From a virus (Duplodnaviria; Caudoviricetes): 48,973 bases of DNA. The stretch covers positions 1 through 48,973 of IMG/VR virus record IMGVR_UViG_3300025875_000774; one strand, written 5' to 3'. Below, piece after piece: positions 26,406-35,367 of this stretch. The position numbers and the translations under genes are program-made. The notes below the pieces were generated by a model. The model searched no databases. It had not been told where the DNA came from and worked only from the letters and a program-made list of their open reading frames with translations. How positions within the stretch are numbered: position 1 is the stretch's first letter; each line of letters begins with the position of its first letter.

Positions 26406-26572
26406 GCGAGGCGCTGTTCGACCTCATCACCGTCCACTGCTTCTTCGTCGCCCGATGCCAGCACACGGAGCAGGCCGCCGACGCACGGTCAGCGCACGAC
26501 GCGATGGAGCGGCACTACTTCACCCAGCACCGCGCGGAGATCAGCCGGATGGTCGGCGGATGGTGGACATGA
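26402..26572 (+). CDS. IS passenger 5, Cys/His protein
   Basis: HCFFVARCQH...MERHY..QH; GTGA coupling. Confidence 0.55.
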   Translation: MSEALFDLITVHCFFVARCQHTEQAADARSAHDAMERHYFTQHRAEISRMVGGWWT

Positions 26573-26630
26573 CGCCAGGACTTGACGGGAGGTATGCCCG
26601 GCCATGAGTACAGCCGCTAACGTGCTTAGC

Positions 26631-26843
26631 GTGCCCCTGGACCCGCAACTCGCGAGAGACCTCGCAGCAGCGGCCAAGCGGCTCGACGAGTGGCGCACCA
26701 AGCGCGACGACCTGATCTGGGACGCCCACGAGAAGGGCGCCAGCCTCCGCGAGATCGCGGCCCGCGTCGGCATGAGCAACCCCGGCGTCCTGTCAGTCCT
26801 GCGCCGCGAGGCAGCCCGGCGACACGTCGAGCCCGAGTCCTGA
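26631..26843 (+). CDS. IS passenger HTH regulator (alternative start 26604)
   Basis: GASLREIAARVGMSNPGVLSVL HTH; TAACGT 7 nt before GTG suggests a leaderless transcript. Confidence 0.72.
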   Translation: MPLDPQLARDLAAAAKRLDEWRTKRDDLIWDAHEKGASLREIAARVGMSNPGVLSVLRREAARRHVEPES

Positions 26844-26886
26844 GGTGTCAACAACCTCATGACCCAGCACACCTAGTTGTCCCGGA

Positions 26887-26968
26887 CCCGCAACGGGGCC
26901 GGACCGATCCCGCAACGGGAGCAGCACATGAGCGAGCCCACCCCCGCGCCGACCCCGCCCGCAACGGG
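26887..26968 (+). repeat. Three CCCGCAACGGG mini-hairpins around scaffold start
   Basis: Exact copies at 26887, 26909 and 26958. Confidence 0.7.
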
Positions 26969-27425
26969 CGACCCTTCGGCGCCGGATCCCAAGCCCACCG
27001 ACACGGTGGACTTCTGGAAGCAGCAGGCCCGCACCAACGAGGCCCGCGCCAAGGAGAACGCCCAGAAGGCGAAGGACTACGACGCCTACGTGGAGTCGCA
27101 GAAGACCGAGCAGCAGCGGCTCGCCGACCAGGTGGCCGCCAGCCAGCGCGAGGTCGAAGTGGCGCGCTCAGACGCCCTGCGCTTCCGCATCGCCGCCAAG
27201 CACCGACTGTCCGAGGACGACCTGGACCTGCTGGGCACCGGCACCGAGGAGCAGCTCGAGGCCCGCGCGACCCGCATCGCGGCGCTGTCCGCGGCTTCGG
27301 CCGCCCCTCCCGCTCCGCGCCCGGACCCCTCACAGGGTGCGCGTGCCGGCACGCCGACCGGCGGCAGCGCCGACGGCAAGGCCGAGGCCCTGCGCCGCTT
27401 CGGCGACAGGGCCGGCAAGAACTGA
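26928..27425 (+). CDS. Scaffolding protein
   Basis: WK..AR..E.RAKEN coiled coil, PRPDPSQG; synteny. Confidence 0.82.
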   Translation: MSEPTPAPTPPATGDPSAPDPKPTDTVDFWKQQARTNEARAKENAQKAKDYDAYVESQKTEQQRLADQVAASQREVEVARSDALRFRIAAKHRLSEDDLDLLGTGTEEQLEARATRIAALSAASAAPPAPRPDPSQGARAGTPTGGSADGKAEALRRFGDRAGKN

Positions 27426-27472
27426 TCCAGCGGATCGGACCCCCCGACCGCTCCACCTGAGAGAGGAAGACC

Positions 27473-27853
27473 ATGACTGACATCTCCGTCAGCACCGTGG
27501 GCTACCAGGCAGAGAAGCGGTCGTGGCTCCTGAGCCCGCACGGCACCGAGCCTGGCACCAACCCCGGCATCACCATCGACGCGTCCCTGTTCACCGCGGG
27601 CACGCACTACCCGAACGGCTACCTGCCGTCCGGGACCGTCATCGGCACCAACGGCGGCCCCTACTCGGGCAGCGGCGCTGCGGCCGGGATCCTCTTCGGC
27701 TCCCTGCGCATCCCGTCGGCGACCTCCAAGGTCGGTGGTGCGCTGGTCGTCCACGGGTTCGTGAAGACGGCACGCCTGCCGTTCCAGTCCGGCGCCGGGT
27801 CCCTCGGGGCCGGCGGCGCGGCGGCCCTTCCCCTCATCCACTTCACCGCCTGA
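27473..27853 (+). CDS. Head decoration protein
   Basis: HYPNGYLPSG...HGFV...LP; lies between scaffold and capsid. Confidence 0.72.
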   Translation: MTDISVSTVGYQAEKRSWLLSPHGTEPGTNPGITIDASLFTAGTHYPNGYLPSGTVIGTNGGPYSGSGAAAGILFGSLRIPSATSKVGGALVVHGFVKTARLPFQSGAGSLGAGGAAALPLIHFTA

Positions 27854-27870
27854 GCCGGAAGGACTGACTC

Positions 27871-28902
27871 ATGGCCATCGTCTTCGACGGTCCCGTCACC
27901 CCCGACGCCCTGACCGCCTTCGTGCGGGACGTCCCCTCCCCTTCCGACCAGGTGCTGAACCTGCTCCTGCCGGACCGCGTGCTCAACCGCAACACGGTCG
28001 ACCTGTCGGAGCTGACCCGCACCAACCGCACGGCCCGCTTCCGCGCCTTCGACGCGCGTCTGCACGTGTCCGAGCGCAACGCGGTCACCACCAAGCAGGT
28101 CAAGCTGCCCCCGCTTTCGTCGTCCCTGAGCGTTGGTGAGCTGGAGCGCCTTCAGCTGGAGTTCGCCCGCCTGGGCGGCACGAACAACAGCGCGATCGTG
28201 GACGCGATCTACGACGACGCCACGAACCTCACCCTCGAGGTGCGGGCCCGCATGGAGCAGGCCCGCGGCGACGTCCTCACCGACGGCAAGTTCACGCTCG
28301 CCGGCGAGGGCAACCTGACGATGGAGGCCGACTTCGGCGTCCCGGCGGGGCACATCGTGACGGCGGCGACGCCGTGGTCGACAATCGCCTCGGCGACGAT
28401 CATCGCGGACCTGACGTCATGGGTGAACACCTACGTCGCCAGCAACGGCTCGCGCCCCACGGGCATGGTGATCTCCACCCGCGTCCTGAACTACATGCTG
28501 CAGAACGCGGAGATCCGCACCCTGTCGGCGTCGCTGGTGGGCGCCCCCGGCCTGGTGACCCGCCCGGCCCTGGACGCGGCGCTGGCCGCGTACGGGCTGC
28601 CGCCGGTCACCCTGGTCTACGACTCGGCGGTCGACGTAGATGGCGTGACCACCCGCGTCATCCCCGACGACCGGGTGATCATCCACGGCGACAACGTCGG
28701 CTACACGGCGTGGGGCGTGACCGCGACGGGCCTGGAGCTCGTCAACGCCGCGCAGACGGACCTGTCGTTCTCCGACGCCCCCGGCATCGTGGGGGTCGTC
28801 ATCAAGGAGGGCCCCCCGTTCCGACAGTTCACGTTCGTGGACGCCGTCGGCATGCCGGTGCTGGAGAACCCGCGCCGCCTGTTCGTGGCGGACGTCGCGT
28901 GA
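27871..28902 (+). CDS. Major capsid protein (lambda gpE-like family)
   Basis: ARFRAFD..LPPLS..DFGVPA..MPVL; synteny. Confidence 0.88.
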   Translation: MAIVFDGPVTPDALTAFVRDVPSPSDQVLNLLLPDRVLNRNTVDLSELTRTNRTARFRAFDARLHVSERNAVTTKQVKLPPLSSSLSVGELERLQLEFARLGGTNNSAIVDAIYDDATNLTLEVRARMEQARGDVLTDGKFTLAGEGNLTMEADFGVPAGHIVTAATPWSTIASATIIADLTSWVNTYVASNGSRPTGMVISTRVLNYMLQNAEIRTLSASLVGAPGLVTRPALDAALAAYGLPPVTLVYDSAVDVDGVTTRVIPDDRVIIHGDNVGYTAWGVTATGLELVNAAQTDLSFSDAPGIVGVVIKEGPPFRQFTFVDAVGMPVLENPRRLFVADVA

Positions 28903-29078
28903 GCAAGCTCGCGACCTTCGTGCACGTCCTGGACGAGAACGGGCAGTCGCACACGTTCGGTCCGGAGGACGACATCCCGAAGTGGGCCGAGAAGGCGATC
29001 ACGAACCCGAACGCCTGGGAGGAGCCGCCCGCGGGCGGCTCCGGGCGCCACGGCAGCGGTTCTGACCGCTCCAGCTAG
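28899..29078 (+). CDS. Small head-associated protein
   Basis: FGPEDDIPKWA..ITNP; GTGA coupling. Confidence 0.6.
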   Translation: MSKLATFVHVLDENGQSHTFGPEDDIPKWAEKAITNPNAWEEPPAGGSGRHGSGSDRSS

Positions 29079-29091
29079 CAGCCGAGGGCGC

Positions 29092-29124
29092 AGGGGGAGA
29101 GGGGCGCCGCGCCCCTCTCCCCCT
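29092..29124 (+). terminator. Hairpin after capsid genes
   Basis: AGGGGGAGAGGGGCG-ccg-CGCCCCTCTCCCCCT. Confidence 0.65.
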
Positions 29125-29158
29125 CCCCTGGCCACCGACACTTGGCGGGAGGAAGCAC

Positions 29159-29545
29159 ATGCCCATTCCGTCAGGCGCTCAGTCGGAACTCGTCACGGCG
29201 GATGATCTAGCCGCGAGCTTCGCCGAGGTGCCAGACCCGATCCGGGCGGCATCAGCGGCGGCTCGGGCCGACGCCCTGGTGCGGATCGAGTACGGCAACC
29301 CTGTACTTGAGGCCGCCTGGGCGGGGCTGCATGTGGTGGCCATCAGCGTCGCGACCCGCATCTACTCCAACCCGACGAGCGTGCGGTCGTGGGCGACGGG
29401 GTCGGAGTCGGAGTCCTACTTCGACGCCGATGGTGGTTCGCTCATCACCGCTGACGAGCGGCGCATCATCGCGCTGCTACCAGGGGTGCGGGGCGCCGTA
29501 GCCCCCACCGGGGCGTTCACCATCCGGCCAGGCGTGCGCGCGTGA
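29159..29545 (+). CDS. Head-to-tail adaptor
   Basis: R.Y.NP...AFTIRP pattern; synteny. Confidence 0.7.
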   Translation: MPIPSGAQSELVTADDLAASFAEVPDPIRAASAAARADALVRIEYGNPVLEAAWAGLHVVAISVATRIYSNPTSVRSWATGSESESYFDADGGSLITADERRIIALLPGVRGAVAPTGAFTIRPGVRA

Positions 29546-29865
29546 GGTACTACGACGAGGTCGTCGTCGTAGCCGCCGCCGAGGCGCAAGACGAGTACAC
29601 CGGCAACACCAAGCAGGACTGGGATGCCGCCACCCGCGCGACCCTTCCGGCCACCGTGCAGCCCGCCGGCACGCAGGAGCTGACCGACCAGCGGCAGGTG
29701 ACCATCACATCCTGGACGGTCCACTGCCCCCCGGCGCAGATCGCGGCCACGGCCCGCATCGAGTGGGGCGGCGCCCTGCACGAGGTGTCCGGCGAGGTCG
29801 GGCTGTTCAAGCGGCGCGGCGTGCCGCACCACTGCGAGTTCACCATCGTGCGCATCGGGAGCTGA
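29542..29865 (+). CDS. Head-to-tail stopper
   Basis: DEYTGN..DW..VQP...HH.E; synteny. Confidence 0.72.
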   Translation: MRYYDEVVVVAAAEAQDEYTGNTKQDWDAATRATLPATVQPAGTQELTDQRQVTITSWTVHCPPAQIAATARIEWGGALHEVSGEVGLFKRRGVPHHCEFTIVRIGS

Positions 29866-29868
29866 GCC

Positions 29869-30279
29869 GTGGCCGACGCCCTCATGCCCGACCCGAGCCT
29901 CATCGTCGGCGCCCACCTGCGTACGCATCCGCTGGTGAAGCGTCGCGTCGGCACCCGCTCGTCGGAGTCGCTGAACGCAACGCTTCCCGCGATCCGCTAC
30001 TCGTGCACGACGAACCGCAGGACGGGCCCCGAGGAGTGGCGGGCCCGCATGCAGGTCGAGTGCTGGGCCGACCTCAAGGGCGAGAAGGCCGCGATGGACA
30101 CCGCTCGCGACGTCGTCGCTTCTCTTGAGGACCTCCCCGGCGCGCGAGCCACCGCTGAGGTCATCAGTGCGGACGTGACGAACTCCTTCCCGGCACCAGA
30201 CCCGGACACCAAGCGGCCCCGCCAGATCGTCCTCGTCGACCTGCTCCTGTACGCCCTCGACCCGGTGGAGGCCCCATGA
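29869..30279 (+). CDS. Tail terminator-like protein
   Basis: MQVECWA, PDPDT.RPR; synteny. Confidence 0.62.
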   Translation: MADALMPDPSLIVGAHLRTHPLVKRRVGTRSSESLNATLPAIRYSCTTNRRTGPEEWRARMQVECWADLKGEKAAMDTARDVVASLEDLPGARATAEVISADVTNSFPAPDPDTKRPRQIVLVDLLLYALDPVEAP

Positions 30280-30461
30280 GCAAGTCCGAGCACGTCGTGG
30301 CGACCGAAGACCTGTGGATCGGGTCGGTGCGCGCGCACTACAAGGGCGAGCGGGTGCTGCGCCGAGATGCCGAGGCGAACGGCTGGACCGACGTCGCGAA
30401 TCCCGGCACGAAGGCCGCCAGGGACGCGCAGGAGCCGCCGGCGGACGAGTCCGATGCCTAG
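30276..30461 (+). CDS. Small hypothetical protein
   Basis: GGAGG RBS, coupled start. Confidence 0.5.
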   Translation: MSKSEHVVATEDLWIGSVRAHYKGERVLRRDAEANGWTDVANPGTKAARDAQEPPADESDA

Positions 30462-30768
30462 CGACGGGTTCCGCTTCGAGCCCGACGACGGGGCACTCGA
30501 AGACCTCTTCACCGGCCCCGAGGCGCTCGACTTCCTTGATGTCGTGGGCGAGGCGAAGGCCGAGCTCGCGAAGGCGTACGCACCCAAGCGCACCGGCTTC
30601 GGCGCCTCGCACATCGACCACGAGGTCGACACCGACTCCGACGGCGCGTACGTGCGCGTCGGCTACCAGGGCCCTGGCTTTTATCTCGCCTTTCAGGAGC
30701 TGGGGACTGAGCGGTTCCCGCCCCAGCCCCACCTTCGCCCCGCTCTCGACGAAGACCTCAACCTGTAG
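30454..30768 (+). CDS. HK97 gp10-like neck protein
   Basis: APKRTG...FQELGT...PQPHLRPAL. Confidence 0.78.
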   Translation: MPSDGFRFEPDDGALEDLFTGPEALDFLDVVGEAKAELAKAYAPKRTGFGASHIDHEVDTDSDGAYVRVGYQGPGFYLAFQELGTERFPPQPHLRPALDEDLNL

Positions 30769-30784
30769 GAACTGGAGAAGCGCC

Positions 30785-31378
30785 ATGGCTCGCGGCAACT
30801 CGACCCCCATCCGCAAGACGATCGGCCCCGGCACCCTCTACGCGGCGGCGATCGGCACCGCCGAGCCGGAGACGACTATCGCGTCGCTGACCGAGCCGTG
30901 GCCGTCGGGCTGGATTGCGCTCGGCTACACCGAGGACGGCTCGTCCTTCTCCTACAGCGTGTCCTCGGAGCCCATCGAGGTCGCCGAGGAGCTGGAGCCC
31001 GTCTACACGGTCATCACGGGTCGCACGGCATCGGTGGCGTTCTCCCTCGCAGAGCCGACGCAGCGCAACCTGCAGATGGCCCTGAATGGCGGGGTGAGCA
31101 ACATCGTGGACCCGGAGACGGGTGCCGCGATCGTGTTCGAGCCGCCGGACCTCGGCGCCGAGGTCCGCATCATGCTCGGCCACCAGGCGGAGTCGGGCGC
31201 GGAGCGGTGGGTGTGGCGTCAGTGCTTCAACACCGGCAACCTCGAGATGGCACGCCGCAAGGGCGCCACGAAGACCCTGGTGCCGGTGGAGTTCGCGGTG
31301 GAGAAGCCCGAGACGGGCAAGAAGATCTTCGCTCGGATCACGGACGCCTCCCTCGTCGGCAACCCGGTGACGGTGTGA
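30785..31378 (+). CDS. Major tail protein
   Basis: LYAAAIGTAEP...WIALGYTEDG. Confidence 0.85.
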   Translation: MARGNSTPIRKTIGPGTLYAAAIGTAEPETTIASLTEPWPSGWIALGYTEDGSSFSYSVSSEPIEVAEELEPVYTVITGRTASVAFSLAEPTQRNLQMALNGGVSNIVDPETGAAIVFEPPDLGAEVRIMLGHQAESGAERWVWRQCFNTGNLEMARRKGATKTLVPVEFAVEKPETGKKIFARITDASLVGNPVTV

Positions 31379-31872
31379 CCGCTTTCGACCAGGCCGCCGC
31401 CGACGTGAGCGGTGACCTGCCGACCGCCGTGATCGGTGGCGAGACGTTCACTCTCCATGGGCGTCTGACGCCCCTGGACATCTCCGAGATCGCCCGCGCC
31501 GCGGACGTGGACTCGACCAGCGCGGACGGCGCCGCCCTGCTGGCGGACATCTTCCGGGCGGCCTTCGGGGACCACGTCCCCGCAGGCCGCAAGGAGTACC
31601 AGCGGTTCCGCAAGCATCTGCGGACCGTCGACTCAGCAGACGACGCGCTGCTCCCGGCCTTGGGCGCATGTATGGAGGCCCTGTCGGGTTTCCCTACCAA
31701 GCAGCAGCCAGCCTCGCCTCCGTCGCGGTCGAGGAGTACGCGTGGCTTGAAGGCAAGTGGGTCGCGGCCGGCTGCCCCGGAGCCGCAGGCGCACGTGGAG
31801 GAACCCGAGGACGAGGAGCCGAGCGAGCCGGTGCGCCAGGTGGTTGTGAACCTCGGCCGCCGCGCCTCCTAG
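31375..31872 (+). CDS. Tail assembly chaperone (G)
   Basis: Lies between major tail and tape measure genes; contains slippery site. Confidence 0.72.
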   Translation: MTAFDQAAADVSGDLPTAVIGGETFTLHGRLTPLDISEIARAADVDSTSADGAALLADIFRAAFGDHVPAGRKEYQRFRKHLRTVDSADDALLPALGACMEALSGFPTKQQPASPPSRSRSTRGLKASGSRPAAPEPQAHVEEPEDEEPSEPVRQVVVNLGRRAS

Positions 31873-32036
31873 ACCTCCCCCTGCCGCTCTACCTGTCCTT
31901 CTGCCTCGCCCAGTTGAGCGACAACTGGGGCGAGGAGGAGTGGGACAACTGGCGCGAGGCGGCGGGTGCGGGTGTTCGTGGCCCGGTGGAGACGGATGAG
32001 TTCGACTCCTTGGCGGGTGACGTCGTTACGGCCTAG
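31686..32036 (+). CDS. Tail assembly chaperone -1 frameshift extension (GT)
   Basis: G GGT TTC (X XXY YYZ) at 31686-31692 leads into the open -1 frame ending at 32036. Confidence 0.7.
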   Translation, partial: GFPYQAAASLASVAVEEYAWLEGKWVAAGCPGAAGARGGTRGRGAERAGAPGGCEPRPPRLLDLPLPLYLSFCLAQLSDNWGEEEWDNWREAAGAGVRGPVETDEFDSLAGDVVTA

Positions 32037-32269
32037 CCATCGAGCGCGTCTGCAATGACGTTCCCGGCGATCTCCTCAAGGTCGGCGTCGGAGACGCCCT
32101 CGCACTCCTCGGGCCGCTCCCCTTCTGCGGCGCTGGGCTCGGACATGGACTCCGAGAACTGCTCGCGCATGGCGTCCTCGCAGGCCGCTAGGTCGGGTTC
32201 GCTCGAGCATCCGGCCAGGAGCGTCGCGGACATCAGGCAGGCGGCGGCGAGGGCTGCAGTGCGCTTCAT
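32033..32269 (-). CDS. Lipoprotein moron (possible superinfection exclusion)
   Basis: MKR + hydrophobic stretch + LAGC lipobox; acidic mature part; antisense to late operon. Confidence 0.75.
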   Translation of the reverse strand: MKRTAALAAACLMSATLLAGCSSEPDLAACEDAMREQFSESMSEPSAAEGERPEECEGVSDADLEEIAGNVIADALDG

Positions 32270-32322
32270 TCCCGGACCGTAGCGCCGCCCGTGCGCAGAA
32301 CCCATAGCCGAGGGGGTGGAAC

Positions 32323-35300
32323 GTGGCCCTGATCGGCACCGCTTTCGTGGAGGTCCGCCCCGACACCAAGAACTTCTCCAAGGACGTCGAGGGTGGGCTC
32401 GCGCCGGCCCTGAAGAAGGCCGCCGCCCTGGCGGGGGCGATTTTCGCCTCCGCGAAGGTCGGCAGCTTCCTCAAGGACTCCGTCTCCCAGGCGTCTGACC
32501 TGAACGAGACGCTGAGCAAGTCCCAGAACATCTTCGGGGCCAACGCCGCGGACATCGAGAAGTGGTCGCGCACCTCGGCGAAGGCGTTTGGGCTGTCGCA
32601 GTCGGCGGCACTTGGGGCGGCCGCGCAGTACGGCAACATGTTTCAGCAGCTCGGGTTCACAGGCGAGGCCGCCGCCACGGCCTCCAAGGGTCTGATCCAG
32701 ACGGCTGCGGACCTCGGCTCGTTCAACAACGTCGACCCCTCCGATGTGCTGGAGCGGATCGGCGGGGCGCTGCGCGGGGAGTACGACAGCCTGCAGGCGC
32801 TGATCCCCAACATCAACGCCGCTCGCGTCGAGCAAGAAGCCATGGCGATGACCGGCAAGACCGTCGCCAAGGAGCTCACTGCACAGGAGAAGGCGACCGC
32901 CACCCTTGCGATCATCCAACGCGATGGCGCGGCGGCGGCCGGGGATTTCGCGGAGACCTCCGCCGGCCTGGCGAACCAGCAGCGCATCGCTGGCGCCCAG
33001 GTCGCAGACCTCAAGGCGAAGATCGGCGACCTGCTCCTGCCGACGATGACCGCCTTGGCTGGGGTCGTCACGGGCAGCGTCCTCCCGGCGCTGTCCGGGA
33101 TGGTCGACCGGTACGGGCCTGCGGCGGCGGACATGTTCACGCGTATCGGCGTTGGCGCGCAAGGGCTGTTCGACTTGCTCGTCAAGGGCGACTTCAACGG
33201 CAAGCTCACCGAGGCGTTCGGCTGGACCGAGGACTCGGGCGCGGTCGACTTTCTGTTCGATCTACGCGAAGGCCTGATCGGCGTCTACGACATCCTCGCC
33301 AAGGGCGACTTCTCCGGGCCGATCTTCGGCATGGAGGAAGACTCCGCGTTCGTTGACTTCCTGTTCACCGTCCGCGAGACGGTCCTAGGCATCGACTTCT
33401 CCGGGCTCATCCAGGGTGCCCGAGACTTCTTCGCCTCCGGAGACGGCGAGCAGCTGTCGGCGTCCTTCGGGTCGATCTTTGAGTCGACCCAGGCGCTACT
33501 CCCGGCCGTGCAGGCGTTCATCTCCCAGATGCCGTCCCTGAGCGTGACCACTGGCGCTGCGGCGACCGTCCTCGGGTTCTTCGCCGAGCACGTCGACACG
33601 CTCGTCCAGTTCATGCCGCTGCTGGTGGGGGCGTTCATCGCCTTCAAGGTGGCGCAGGCCGCATCCAACCTCGCCGCCGCTGCCGCGGTTCCGCTGCGCA
33701 TCGCCGAGATCGTGTCCAACCAGCGACACACGGCCGCCCTGTCGGCGAACACTGCGGCGCTGGCGCTGAACAGCGGGGCGACGACCGTCGGCACCGCCGC
33801 CACGGCGGGAGCCACGGCCGCGGAGAACACGAGCCTCCTGACCCGCCTGCGCGCCACGACGGCAACGATCGCCAGCACCGTCGCGCAGGGCGCCGCCTCT
33901 GCGGCGACGACCGTCTGGACGGGCGCGCAGTGGCTGCTGAACGCGGCCTTGACCGCGAACCCCATCGGCCTGGTCATCGCGGCGGTCGCGGCCCTGGTCG
34001 CCGGCGTGATCATCGCCTACAAGAACAGTGAGACGTTCCGCGACATTGTCCAGGGCACATGGCGGGCCATCCAGTCCGCGGCGCAGACCGCTTGGAATGA
34101 CTACCTCAAGCCGGTCCTCGTCAACCTCGTCGTTGCGGTCATCGACGCGTGGCGCCGCTTTGAGGAGATGCGGGACCGCTTGGCGGCCGTCTGGACTGCG
34201 GTGCAGGCCGCCGCGCGGGCGGGCATCCAGGCGGTGATCGACAAGTTCCTCGAGATGGTCGGCAAGGTCATTCAGGGCGCGGCTGACGCATTCGGCTGGG
34301 TTCCCGGCCTGGGCGACAGGCTCAAGACCGCTGCCGATAAGTTCAGCAAGTTCCGCGACGACGTCAACGGCGCCCTCGGGGGCATCCGGGACCGCGACGT
34401 CAGGATCACGGCGCAGCTAGACGAGGCTGCGTCGTACCTGGTGAAGCAGGGCGTGAATCCGTCTGAGGCGGCGGCGCGGGTGCGCAAGCAGTTCTGGTCC
34501 GGCGGCTACACCGGCGATGGCGGGAAGTTCGAGCCGAAGGGCGTCGTCCATGGTGGGGAGTTCGTCTTCCCCAAGGAGGCCGTCCAGCGGTTGGGCGTGA
34601 AGAACCTCGCCAGCCTCGCCGGCTTGCCGGGTTACGCCCGCGGTGGCCTCGTTGGTTCGGCCTCGGTGCCGGACCCGGCGATCTTCCGCGACCTCGCGGC
34701 GCAGATGAACGCAGGGTCGCAGGCGCTGGCGACTGGGTGGCAGGGAGCGGTCAGTGATCTCGCCAAGTCGGTGAACACGGCCGCCGCCCGCAGCCTGGAG
34801 GGGTCCGGCACCTTCACCGGCACCACCGGTCGCGCCCCCTCGGGCAGCATCGTGGCTCTCGGCCGTTACCTGCAGAGTCTGGGTGCGCGCGTCTCGGAGC
34901 ACCCGGCGTTCGGTGGCGTGCACCCGGTCCACAAGGGTCGCGGGCACTACGAGGGCCGGGCGATCGACGTGAACTACGGGCCCGGTGGAGAGAACGCCAC
35001 CGAGAAGTCGTTCTTCGACCGCATCGCCGGGTCGCTCAAGGCGCAGGGCTTCAAGGTGCTGTGGCGGGTCCCTGGCCACTTCAACCACCTGCACGCGGAG
35101 TCTTTCGACTCCGGCGGCATCGCCCGTGGTATCGGGTCCATGCCGAAGAACACCATCAAGCCGGAGCGGGTCCTTTCCCCACGCCAGACGGAGTCCTTCG
35201 ACCGGCTCGTGGAGGTTCTGGAGCGACAGGGCTCCGGCCCGGCGGGAGGTGGCCGTCAGCTCGTGATGCACAACTACGGCACCCGCGAGGAAGACCTGGC

Positions 35301-35355
35301 CCGCGAGGTCCTCAAGCGGCAGGCCGAGGCCGACGCGCTAGCCCCGGCCTGGTGA
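32323..35355 (+). CDS. Tape measure protein with C-terminal M15-like peptidase domain
   Basis: 1010 aa Ala-rich; ANPIGLVI; [14 protein letters not shown]; [14 protein letters not shown]. Confidence 0.92.
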   Translation: MALIGTAFVEVRPDTKNFSKDVEGGLAPALKKAAALAGAIFASAKVGSFLKDSVSQASDLNETLSKSQNIFGANAADIEKWSRTSAKAFGLSQSAALGAAAQYGNMFQQLGFTGEAAATASKGLIQTAADLGSFNNVDPSDVLERIGGALRGEYDSLQALIPNINAARVEQEAMAMTGKTVAKELTAQEKATATLAIIQRDGAAAAGDFAETSAGLANQQRIAGAQVADLKAKIGDLLLPTMTALAGVVTGSVLPALSGMVDRYGPAAADMFTRIGVGAQGLFDLLVKGDFNGKLTEAFGWTEDSGAVDFLFDLREGLIGVYDILAKGDFSGPIFGMEEDSAFVDFLFTVRETVLGIDFSGLIQGARDFFASGDGEQLSASFGSIFESTQALLPAVQAFISQMPSLSVTTGAAATVLGFFAEHVDTLVQFMPLLVGAFIAFKVAQAASNLAAAAAVPLRIAEIVSNQRHTAALSANTAALALNSGATTVGTAATAGATAAENTSLLTRLRATTATIASTVAQGAASAATTVWTGAQWLLNAALTANPIGLVIAAVAALVAGVIIAYKNSETFRDIVQGTWRAIQSAAQTAWNDYLKPVLVNLVVAVIDAWRRFEEMRDRLAAVWTAVQAAARAGIQAVIDKFLEMVGKVIQGAADAFGWVPGLGDRLKTAADKFSKFRDDVNGALGGIRDRDVRITAQLDEAASYLVKQGVNPSEAAARVRKQFWSGGYTGDGGKFEPKGVVHGGEFVFPKEAVQRLGVKNLASLAGLPGYARGGLVGSASVPDPAIFRDLAAQMNAGSQALATGWQGAVSDLAKSVNTAAARSLEGSGTFTGTTGRAPSGSIVALGRYLQSLGARVSEHPAFGGVHPVHKGRGHYEGRAIDVNYGPGGENATEKSFFDRIAGSLKAQGFKVLWRVPGHFNHLHAESFDSGGIARGIGSMPKNTIKPERVLSPRQTESFDRLVEVLERQGSGPAGGGRQLVMHNYGTREEDLAREVLKRQAEADALAPAW

Positions 35356-35367
35356 CGAGGAGGTTCC

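Larger units (their letters stand above)
24193..26871. mobile_element. IS481-family element with passenger genes (2,679 bp)
   Basis: TGT...ACA ends; 25-bp IRs matching 21/25 (24193-24217, 26847-26871); CCTAGT duplicated at 24187-24192 and 26872-26877. Confidence 0.92.

Noticed and set aside
24193-26871. Composite transposon or RNA-guided (TnpB/IS110) element
   Set aside because: Only one transposase and one IR pair; no RuvC-like ORF, and no room for a guide RNA evident
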